Below are positions 38,887 through 47,435 of a stretch of 64,000 bases of DNA, one piece after another (the first letter of the stretch is position 1; each line of letters begins with the position of its first letter). A program made the position numbers and the translations under genes. The notes beneath the pieces are model-generated. The model made no database searches and was not told the origin of the DNA. It worked only from the letters and a program-made list of their open reading frames with translations. The stretch lies in assembly GCA_963722075.1 (NCBI GenBank), contig CAVRJM010000001.1:1184001-1248000 (forward strand), written 5' to 3'. The stretch is from Candidatus Babeliales bacterium. GTDB lineage: Bacteria > Babelota > Babeliae > Babelales > JANWKD01.

Positions 38887-41800
38887 ATGAAGAATAGAAG
38901 GCTTAAAGTCTTTATTGCCAGAATGGTGATGGTAGGTTTGCTTGTGCAACATGCTGTGCCGTTGATGGCTGCCTATGAACAAGATTCAGTAAGCGAACAA
39001 CCAGCTGAAAACTTACCGATTAAGAATAAAAGAGTAAAATCAGAAGACTCTATAGATCCTCATGCGCTCATACCAACTGCCGATACGAGTGAACAAATAG
39101 TAGTTATTGATGATGAGCAGTTAGAACATTTTATTGCATCTATAGTAAAAACCGTTGCTAGAAATGGAACACAGGAAACATTGTCAGAAGAAATGATGAT
39201 TTTTTGTGAACAATTACTAACCGGTAAAAAAGAATTTTCAGTTGGATTCTTGTGCAAAGTTGTTCCTCAATTATTAACGCTCGCAAATAAAAGCATGGAA
39301 GAAGAACGTGCCATGCGACCGAACGTTGGGTTTCAAGATGGGTCAATAGTTGGTCCATTACTTTCTTGCAACTTTGACCAAGTTCTTGCCTTGCTTCATC
39401 AAATTTTTAATTTTTTAATGCAATGTTGTGCTACCATAGAATTTGATTTAAATGGTGTGTTTACCTTATTAAATACTGATTTTAATGGAACCTTTACCTT
39501 TCTTAATGAAATAGAAAATACCTTAACTACGTGCTGTGCTACCATAGAAAATGATTTAAATGGCGTATTTACCTTATTGAATACAGATTTTAATGGAACT
39601 TTTACTTTTCTTAATGAAATAGAGAACACCATAACTACATGCTGTGCAATTGTAGAAAATGACTTGAATGGGGTATTTACGTTATTGAATACAGATTTTA
39701 ATGGAACCTTTACCTTTCTTGATGAAATAGAAAATACCTTAACTACGTGTTGTGCAATTGTAGAAAATGATTTGAATGGAGTATTTACGGCACTTGCAGC
39801 TTTAACAGTAACGGTTACGGTTGATTTTACGGATGTATTCACCACGCTTGATGATATTAATAATACACTAACTACCTGTTGCGCAATCGTAGAAAATGAT
39901 TTAAATGGCGTATTTACCGTACTCAATACTGATTTTAATGGGGTTTTTACCGCATTAGCTGATTTATCAGTAACGGTCACGGTTGATTTTACGGATGTAT
40001 TTACCACACTTGATGAAATTAATAATACATTAACTACTTGCTGTGCGATCGTAGAAAATGATTTAAATGGTGTCTTTACCGCCCTCAATGATATAAGTAC
40101 ATCGTTTACTGTTGATATTACAAATATATTTACCACACTTGAGGATATTAATAATACATTAACTACGTGTTGCGCGATTGTAGAGAATGATTTGAATGGC
40201 GTATTTACGGTATTAAATACCGACTTTAATGGTACCTTTACTATGTTAACAGATATATTTAATACCCTGACTACTGGTTGTGCATCAATTACACCTTGTA
40301 ATCCTGTCTTTATTACTCAGGCAGATGTGGGAACGACTGGTTATACCATTACACAATCTGGAGTGTACTTTCTAAAAGAAAATATTGTATTTAGTCCAGC
40401 AACAATATCTGATGCCATTACTATAGAAGCTGATGATGTGCAATTAAATTTACAATGTTTTATTTTATCACAAGGTAATGCGCAACCATCTGTGACTGGT
40501 ATTGTTGTTGTGCCTGGGGTTAATAGCACTACTATCGAAAATGGTACCATCTCGGGATTTACTAATAATGGTATTAGTGTTGATCTGAGTGTATCGGATT
40601 TTACTCTCTTAAATACTGTTATACGTCGAAATGGCTCTGGTCTATTTTTAGATGGAGTAGTAGGATCCCCTGTTTCAAATTTTATTGTTAGAAATGTGGA
40701 ATTTAATTCCAATCTTATTGGGTTGGTTATGACAAATGCTAATAATGGGATTATCCAAGGTTCAATTTTGTCACGTAACAAAACTGGTATAATGATGACT
40801 GATTGCTCTGGCAATGTTATTTCACAATGTGATATTAATCAAACGGTACAAACTGATCAGGAAAGCGCGTATGGTATAATTGCTCAAGGGGGATCTAATA
40901 ATCGATTTGAAAGATGTATAATCGATGGCACTTCAACAATGGCAACCACATCAGCATTTGAGGCAACTGGTTTGTATATTGGGAGTGATGAGCAAGGCGA
41001 TCTTATTGTGTGGAATCAAATAAGCAATTCAACGACATCTTCAAATGCTTTTGCCTATGGTATCCATATGGATTACACCTTTATTGGGACTAGTACAGAA
41101 GGCATGCCGAGCATTGTAAGTACTAATACTATTATGAAGCTTGCTTGGTCACCAAGCGATAAATACTTAGGAGTCAATTTTGGCTTTTCGGAAAAGATAT
41201 ACGAATTTGACCTTGCTAATGATCAATTTGTACAAGTAGCAAGCGTTACAACACCAAGTGCTACTTCTGGATTAAGCTGGTCACCTGATGGATCATTTAT
41301 AGCTTTTAGCGATCAATCGGGTGCGATAAATATCTATTCATTTGCCGGTACTACACTTAATTTTGTAACAAGTTTTGATGTTTCACCCAACATCCCACAA
41401 GCTGTCGCATGGTCACCTGATGGGCGATTTATAGCGGTAGGGACATCGGCAGGATCTTCTGGTGAAGAGATTATATTGGAATTTAATGGATCCTCATTAA
41501 GTCAAGTAGCAAGTTTTAGTTCGACCTTTGCACCATTATCAATAGCATGGGCTCCTGAGGGAGATTTTCTTGCAGTTGGAACGACCGAAAATGTGATAGT
41601 GCTTAAATTTGTATCGGGTATTACTTTAACGCAGGTCGCTATTGCTACTCCTTTTGCACCAGTACCTGCAGTTGATTGGGCAGTCGATGGAAGATCGATT
41701 GTTACTGCTCAAAATACAGGAACGCAAAAAGTGGTTGTATATTCATTTTCAGGAACATCGCTTACTATCCAAGCCACGGTTAATAATTCTATAATCATTA

Positions 41801-42282
41801 ATGATGTAAAATGGAGCCCTGACGGCAACTATGTAGTTATGGTTAGTGATACAGGGGGAGTAAATGATACGCATATATTTAAATATACTGGAGTGTCCTT
41901 AGTAGATGTAGCTGATATAAATCATGGTGCTAACATAAATAGTGCTTCATGGTCACATGGCGGTGCCTACATAGCCATTGGGGGACAACCACCATCTAAT
42001 GAAGCAGAACAAACGCTCAATCCATTTTTATTCCCCGTAAATATTATTCGTAATAATGAAATTTATAATATTCATGGACCAGCGCTTGCAGCAGGAATTC
42101 CAGGATATTCTACTGGCAGAGCGTTAAGTGCTTCATCTAATACCAGTTTAATTATACAAAATACTGCATTTAATAATGATGTTAATTATGTTTTTGTTAC
42201 TAATACATATCAACAATTTTTAGCAAATACACAAAGTATGTTCCCTAACTTATTATCCAACATGTTCTTTCCACCGCTATAA
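38887..42282 (+). CDS. Secreted Cys-Cys-repeat stalk / beta-helix / 7-bladed beta-propeller protein (paralog A)
   Basis: Signal peptide; 7 xCC repeats; parallel beta-helix repeats; seven W-S-P-D-G-like blades. Confidence 0.85.
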   Translation: MKNRRLKVFIARMVMVGLLVQHAVPLMAAYEQDSVSEQPAENLPIKNKRVKSEDSIDPHALIPTADTSEQIVVIDDEQLEHFIASIVKTVARNGTQETLSEEMMIFCEQLLTGKKEFSVGFLCKVVPQLLTLANKSMEEERAMRPNVGFQDGSIVGPLLSCNFDQVLALLHQIFNFLMQCCATIEFDLNGVFTLLNTDFNGTFTFLNEIENTLTTCCATIENDLNGVFTLLNTDFNGTFTFLNEIENTITTCCAIVENDLNGVFTLLNTDFNGTFTFLDEIENTLTTCCAIVENDLNGVFTALAALTVTVTVDFTDVFTTLDDINNTLTTCCAIVENDLNGVFTVLNTDFNGVFTALADLSVTVTVDFTDVFTTLDEINNTLTTCCAIVENDLNGVFTALNDISTSFTVDITNIFTTLEDINNTLTTCCAIVENDLNGVFTVLNTDFNGTFTMLTDIFNTLTTGCASITPCNPVFITQADVGTTGYTITQSGVYFLKENIVFSPATISDAITIEADDVQLNLQCFILSQGNAQPSVTGIVVVPGVNSTTIENGTISGFTNNGISVDLSVSDFTLLNTVIRRNGSGLFLDGVVGSPVSNFIVRNVEFNSNLIGLVMTNANNGIIQGSILSRNKTGIMMTDCSGNVISQCDINQTVQTDQESAYGIIAQGGSNNRFERCIIDGTSTMATTSAFEATGLYIGSDEQGDLIVWNQISNSTTSSNAFAYGIHMDYTFIGTSTEGMPSIVSTNTIMKLAWSPSDKYLGVNFGFSEKIYEFDLANDQFVQVASVTTPSATSGLSWSPDGSFIAFSDQSGAINIYSFAGTTLNFVTSFDVSPNIPQAVAWSPDGRFIAVGTSAGSSGEEIILEFNGSSLSQVASFSSTFAPLSIAWAPEGDFLAVGTTENVIVLKFVSGITLTQVAIATPFAPVPAVDWAVDGRSIVTAQNTGTQKVVVYSFSGTSLTIQATVNNSIIINDVKWSPDGNYVVMVSDTGGVNDTHIFKYTGVSLVDVADINHGANINSASWSHGGAYIAIGGQPPSNEAEQTLNPFLFPVNIIRNNEIYNIHGPALAAGIPGYSTGRALSASSNTSLIIQNTAFNNDVNYVFVTNTYQQFLANTQSMFPNLLSNMFFPPL
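39421..40290 (+). repeat. Intragenic tandem repeats, 108-bp (36-aa) base unit TCCAIVENDLNGVFTLLNTDFNGTFTFLNEIENTLT
   Basis: Seven units, some with VTVTVDF-type inserts. Confidence 0.9.
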
Positions 42283-42299
42283 TATATGAGGTAGTTAGC

Positions 42300-42334
42300 A
42301 AGGGTCTCATCTATTAATGCATGAGACCCTTTTT
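42300..42334 (+). terminator. Rho-independent terminator
   Basis: AAGGGTCTCAT-loop-ATGAGACCCTT with a T run. Confidence 0.85.
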
Positions 42335-42444
42335 ATTTTTATAAAAATTTAATGTATTGACATTTAAAATAAATTAATTTTAATCTATCTTAATCCAACA
42401 CAAAAAAGAGAGTATATTTTTTAAAAAAAAGGAGAGAGGGTTAA

Positions 42445-45400
42445 ATGAAGAATAGAAAGCTTAAAATCTTTATTGCCAGAATGGTAATGGTAGGTTTGCT
42501 TGTGCAACATGCTGTGCCGTTGATGGCTGCCTATGAACAAGATTCAGTAAGCGAACAACCAGCTGAAATAACCTTATCAGTTCAAGGTAAAAGAGTAAAA
42601 TCAGAAGATTCTATAAATTCTAATGTACTCATACCAACTGCCGAGACGAGTGAACAAATAGTAGTTATTGATGATGAGCAGTTAGAACATTTTATTGCAT
42701 CTATAGTAAAAACCGTTGCTAGAAATGGAACACAGGAAACATTGTCAGAAGAAATGATGATTTTTTGTGAACAATTACTAACCGGTAAAAAAGAATTTTC
42801 AGTTGGATTCTTGTGCAAAGTTGTTCCTCAATTATTAACGCTCGCAAATAAAAGCATGGAAGAAGAGCGTGCCATGCGACCGAACGTTGGGTTTCAAGAT
42901 GGGTCAATAGTAGGCCCATTACTTTCTTGCAACTTTGACCAAGTTCTTGCCTTGCTTCATCAAATTTTTAATTTTTTAATGCAATGTTGTGCTACCATAG
43001 AATTTGATTTAAATGGTGTGTTTACCTTATTAAATACTGATTTTAATGGAACTTTTACTTTTCTTAATGAAATAGAAAATACCTTAACTACATGCTGTGC
43101 AATTGTAGAAAATGACTTGAATGGGGTATTTACGTTATTGAATACAGATTTTAACGGAACCTTTACCTTTCTTGATGAAATAGAAAATACCTTAACTACG
43201 TGTTGTGCAATTGTAGAAAATGATTTGAATGGAGTATTTACGGCACTTGCAGCTTTAACAGTAACGGTTACGGTTGATTTTACGGATGTATTCACCACGC
43301 TTGATGATATTAATAATACACTAACTACCTGTTGCGCAATCGTAGAAAATGATTTAAATGGCGTATTTACCGTACTCAATACTGATTTTAATGGGGTTTT
43401 TACCGCATTAGCTGATTTATCAGTAACGGTCACGGTTGATTTTACGGATGTATTTACCACACTTGATGAAATTAATAATACATTAACTACTTGTTGCGCG
43501 ATTGTAGAGAATGATTTAAATGGTGTCTTTACCGCCCTCAAGGATATAGGTATAACGTTTACTGTTGATATAACAAATATATTTACCACACTTGAAGATA
43601 TTAATAATACGTTAACTACGTGTTGTGCCAATATTGAATTCGATTTTAATGGCATATTTACCACAGTTACCGATATAATTGCATCAGTATCGACTGATTT
43701 TACGCTAGCCCTTACAACGCTAATAGAAATTAATAATACCTTAACGGAATGCTGCGCAAATATTACCAATGAATTTAATGGTACCTTTACCGTGCTCAAT
43801 GATATTGAAAATACCCTTACAACATGCTGTGCAACCGTAGAAACTGATTTGAACGGGGTATTTACGTTATTGAATACAGATTTTAACGGGACCTTTACCT
43901 TTCTTAATGAAATAGAGAATACCTTAACTACGTGCTGTGCAATTGTAGAAACTGATTTGAATGGGGTATTTACGCTATTAAATACCGATTTCAATGGTAC
44001 CTTTACGGTACTTGCAAGTTTAATGCCTGCCTGCCCTAACACAGTAATTACACAATCGGCGGTAAATGCGAGTGGTGGCACCTATACCATTTCTAATCCT
44101 GGTAATTATTCTTTATCTTCAGATATTACCTCAACAGCAGCAACCATTATTGTTATTGATGCTGATCAAGTAACGTTAGATCTGTGTGGACGTTCAATTA
44201 TTGGGGCCGGCGTAGATAGTGGTGATCAAATTGGAATTACCGTAGAAGCGGGCCTTTCAGATATTGCAATCACGAATGGTGATATAACTAATATGAGTAT
44301 GGACGGTATTTTTGTAAATAGCGGCGTTTCCGATTTAAGCATAAGCAATATTGCGGTAAATAATACCGGAAGATCAGGTATTAATCTTGAAGGAAACAGT
44401 GAATCATTAATTACCGAAGTAGTTATTAATAACTGCACAATTTCTTTAACGGCAACGGGGGCTACAGGAATTGCAGGGCTAGTTTTAAATAATTGTGATA
44501 CGGTAGCGGTGCAAGGTGGAAATTTTGATCGTAATGGATCACTAACTAATGTTGCAGGAATATTAGTTAATGCATGTAATGATTGTGTAATCGATGCAGC
44601 CACTATGAATCTTAATACCAGTACCGGGTTATTATTAGTAGATTCTCAAAATTCAGTAGTCAATAATGTGGTAATATCAAGAAACACGGGAGCAGGTATC
44701 GATCTTTCAGGAAGCTCATTTAATACATTTAATAATTGCGCTATAACGCGTACTGTTGCAACTGCTAATAACAGTGCTTATGGTATTAGAGCATTAGGCG
44801 GTGGTAGCAATAGATTTGAAAATTGTATAATTGATGGTACCTCGACTGCCGCAACAAGTTCAGATTTTGAAGCAACAGGTATCTTGATTGGTAGTGACGA
44901 ACAAGCGGATATTATTATAAATAATCAGGTCTCTAATTCTACAGCTTCATCATCAGGATTACCATTTGGCATTCATATGGATTATACCTTTACTGCATTA
45001 AGTAATTCAAGCCTTCCATCAATTACTATTGGCACTACTATTGATAAAGTAGCATGGTCTCCTAATGATAAATATTTGGCAGTAAGTTTTGGAACTTTGT
45101 CTACAACCATTGCAGTTTATGCATTTGATAGAGATATCTTAGATTTAGTACAAGTCGCTACAGTTGCTCTTACTAACGCATGTCAAGATTTAGCGTGGTC
45201 CCCTGATGGCACTTATTTAGCAACGGTTGAGCCAAATGGTGTTAATGGTTTATTGCGAGTGTTCTTATTTAATGGTGTAAGTCTAAATCAAATAGCAACA
45301 GCAGCAGTAGGAACCGATGGTGGGGTTCCTGAATCGGTAAGTTGGAATGCTAATGGTAGATTTATAGCGGTTGTTGGAAATGCGACTTCATTAACGCGTG

Positions 45401-46230
45401 TAAATGCAGACCCTACCGTTTATGTTTTTGAGTTTACTGGTTCTTTACTTAATCAAGTTGCAACTACTGGTGTAGCAGGTACCGTAAATGCTGTTGCATG
45501 GGGCCCGCAAAATAATTATCTTGCGGTGGGTGCAATAGGGCTTTTAGATGTATTTAAATTTACTGGTGGAACCACCTTAACGCTTGCTGCATCATTGTCC
45601 CTTGGTACTGATTCAGCCAATTCTGTTGATTGGGCGGTTGATGGTCGAACCTTGGTAATAAGTAATACTACTGGAATCTCAGTTGTTGAATTTACTGGAG
45701 TTGCGTTAACGCCAATAACAAGCGTATCAACTGGTGTTCAAGTGAATGATGCCCACTGGAGTTCTGATGGGCAATATGTGGTTATTGGGCAAAATGAAAT
45801 AGCGGGAGGCGATGTAAAAGCGTATCTATATAATGGTACTTCTTTAACGCTTGAAAGTTCATATACGCATGGAGCTAATGTCAGTTCAGTTGCTTGGTCT
45901 CGTGGTGGTGAATTTATTGCTATCGGTGGAAATGTATCTGGTGGTAAAACGGAAGAAACACTTTTTGGGTTAGTGTTTCCTGCTAATACCATTATAAGAA
46001 ATAATGAAGTTTCAGGAGTGAGCGGGCCAGCGCTTGCAAGTGGAACTCCTGGGTTTTCAACGGGTCGCGGGATTAGTGCATCTTCAAATTCGAATTTAAT
46101 TATACAAAATACGGCATTTAATAATGATGTTAATTACGTATTTGTGACGAATACCTTTTCCCAATTTATTGCAAATACAGCAAGTCAATTCCCAAGTAAT
46201 TTAGCTAATTTATCATTCCCTCCATTGTAA
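42445..46230 (+). CDS. Secreted Cys-Cys-repeat stalk / beta-helix / 7-bladed beta-propeller protein (paralog B)
   Basis: Same architecture as paralog A; 9 xCC repeats; shared C-terminus IIQNTAFNNDVNYVFVTN...FPPL. Confidence 0.85.
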   Translation: MKNRKLKIFIARMVMVGLLVQHAVPLMAAYEQDSVSEQPAEITLSVQGKRVKSEDSINSNVLIPTAETSEQIVVIDDEQLEHFIASIVKTVARNGTQETLSEEMMIFCEQLLTGKKEFSVGFLCKVVPQLLTLANKSMEEERAMRPNVGFQDGSIVGPLLSCNFDQVLALLHQIFNFLMQCCATIEFDLNGVFTLLNTDFNGTFTFLNEIENTLTTCCAIVENDLNGVFTLLNTDFNGTFTFLDEIENTLTTCCAIVENDLNGVFTALAALTVTVTVDFTDVFTTLDDINNTLTTCCAIVENDLNGVFTVLNTDFNGVFTALADLSVTVTVDFTDVFTTLDEINNTLTTCCAIVENDLNGVFTALKDIGITFTVDITNIFTTLEDINNTLTTCCANIEFDFNGIFTTVTDIIASVSTDFTLALTTLIEINNTLTECCANITNEFNGTFTVLNDIENTLTTCCATVETDLNGVFTLLNTDFNGTFTFLNEIENTLTTCCAIVETDLNGVFTLLNTDFNGTFTVLASLMPACPNTVITQSAVNASGGTYTISNPGNYSLSSDITSTAATIIVIDADQVTLDLCGRSIIGAGVDSGDQIGITVEAGLSDIAITNGDITNMSMDGIFVNSGVSDLSISNIAVNNTGRSGINLEGNSESLITEVVINNCTISLTATGATGIAGLVLNNCDTVAVQGGNFDRNGSLTNVAGILVNACNDCVIDAATMNLNTSTGLLLVDSQNSVVNNVVISRNTGAGIDLSGSSFNTFNNCAITRTVATANNSAYGIRALGGGSNRFENCIIDGTSTAATSSDFEATGILIGSDEQADIIINNQVSNSTASSSGLPFGIHMDYTFTALSNSSLPSITIGTTIDKVAWSPNDKYLAVSFGTLSTTIAVYAFDRDILDLVQVATVALTNACQDLAWSPDGTYLATVEPNGVNGLLRVFLFNGVSLNQIATAAVGTDGGVPESVSWNANGRFIAVVGNATSLTRVNADPTVYVFEFTGSLLNQVATTGVAGTVNAVAWGPQNNYLAVGAIGLLDVFKFTGGTTLTLAASLSLGTDSANSVDWAVDGRTLVISNTTGISVVEFTGVALTPITSVSTGVQVNDAHWSSDGQYVVIGQNEIAGGDVKAYLYNGTSLTLESSYTHGANVSSVAWSRGGEFIAIGGNVSGGKTEETLFGLVFPANTIIRNNEVSGVSGPALASGTPGFSTGRGISASSNSNLIIQNTAFNNDVNYVFVTNTFSQFIANTASQFPSNLANLSFPPL
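42982..44010 (+). repeat. Intragenic CC tandem repeats (9 units)
   Basis: Same unit family as 39421-40290. Confidence 0.9.
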
Positions 46231-46247
46231 TATAATAAGCTAAAATC

Positions 46248-46278
46248 AAAGCCGAGTAGTTTTCTACTCGGCTTTTTT
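46248..46278 (+). terminator. Rho-independent terminator
   Basis: AAAGCCGAGTAG-TTTT-CTACTCGGCTTT with a T run. Confidence 0.85.
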
Positions 46279-46279
46279 A

Positions 46280-46413
46280 TTGCCCATACCGCTTTCTATT
46301 TGTAATGCACCAACATTGATGAAAGAATTAGGGTATGGAGCGGGGACCAAAAGTATACCAGTAAGGATTTATTACTTGAAAAATTAAAAGGTAAAAAGTA
46401 TCTTAACCTATAA
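46280..46413 (+). pseudogene. rarA: C-terminal remnant of replication-associated recombination protein RarA/MgsA
   Basis: LPIPLSICNAPTLMKELGYGAG, then after a frameshift QKYTSKDLLLEKLKGKKYL*, resembling the RarA NAPTKLMKELGYG...LPEKLKGKKY C-terminus. Confidence 0.7.
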
Positions 46414-46520
46414 AATCTTGTTTTTATCCTTAAATAATTGCTATTATTAAATTAAATAATAAGTACGCGAATTCGATGAAAGAGTATGATGAAATAACTG
46501 ATGATCAGACAAAAACCACT

Positions 46521-46615
46521 GTCATTCTGAGATCTTGCTTTGCAAGATCGTAAGAATCCAGTTATAAAGATTTTTCATTTTATTCACTGGATCCTTACGC
46601 TGCGCTCAGGATGAC
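46521..46615. repeat. REP/RPE-like palindromic element
   Basis: GTCATTCTGAG...GAATCCAG / CTGGATCC...CTCAGGATGAC inverted arms. Confidence 0.75.
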
Positions 46616-46694
46616 ATATGTAAAGTAGCATTGTTATTAGTTAAATAATTAATATTAAATTGTCGAAACTCACCTTATAAAAAAAGGAGAAAAA

Positions 46695-47099
46695 ATGGTT
46701 AATATAAGAAATTTTTTACTTTTAATAATGATAACTTTTATTGGTTTAATAAGCGCTGTTGCTAAATATAAGGTTCCGGTAATAACGGAAAAAGAAGTAA
46801 TGGCTATTTTAGCACCGATTGAAGTACCAGTGGAAACAGCTCAGAAAGTTAAATGTTATTGTTCATTTAAATGTGGGCCACGAGATGTTAAGCCTGATGA
46901 TACGCCATTTTATGATGAAGAAGTTGGTGTCTGTTTTTGCAAAAAACGTGACCAAGAAGCCTATGCGCAACCAGTTCATGAATGTCATAAAAAAAAGAAT
47001 GTTGATTTTCCTAATTCATGTGGTAGAAAGCAGTTCTTTAGAACGCCTAAAAATATTCCGGCTACTACTTCTTCAACTACTGTTCCGGCAAATAAGTAA
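46695..47099 (+). CDS. Small secreted Cys-rich protein
   Basis: AAGGAG RBS; signal peptide; 7 Cys including CYCSFKCGPR and CFC. Confidence 0.7.
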   Translation: MVNIRNFLLLIMITFIGLISAVAKYKVPVITEKEVMAILAPIEVPVETAQKVKCYCSFKCGPRDVKPDDTPFYDEEVGVCFCKKRDQEAYAQPVHECHKKKNVDFPNSCGRKQFFRTPKNIPATTSSTTVPANK

Positions 47100-47112
47100 T
47101 AATTATCAAAAT

Positions 47113-47204
47113 GTCATCCCGAGCGAACGCGTGGGGATCCAGGTTCCATTAAAAATGTTTTGATTTATTTATTCACTGGATCCTTACACTCCGTTCAGGA
47201 TGAC
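47113..47204. repeat. REP/RPE-like palindromic element
   Basis: GTCATCCCGAGCG...GGATCCAG / CTGGATCC...CAGGATGAC. Confidence 0.75.
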
Positions 47205-47435
47205 ATTCATAGGTTTCATTAGATTATAATTATTCTTATTAATTAATGAGCTAAAAAAGATTAATTATTCTATTTCTTAGTCAAAACTTATCTTGATCGA
47301 ATGTACGTCTAATTAGTTAAGAATCAAATATTTATTAATTCTTAAACACTTTTCAATGAAGTCTTGATTTTTTAAATTCCCATTTCTTAAGGTGGGCATA
47401 GAAAAATTTAAGATATCAATTGTTAAGGTGTTTAT

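Noticed and set aside
39421..44010. Regular ~108-bp repeats as a possible CRISPR array or DGR template/variable repeat pair
   Set aside because: In-frame coding repeats with synonymous variation; no unique spacers, cas genes or reverse transcriptase; differences are not adenine-specific
39399..44081. Antisense ORFs 39399-40136 and 42960-44081
   Set aside because: Mirror images of the CC-repeat coding strand
46819..47163. 114-aa overlapping plus-strand ORF
   Set aside because: Alternative frame over the Cys-rich gene that runs into a palindromic repeat; no RBS
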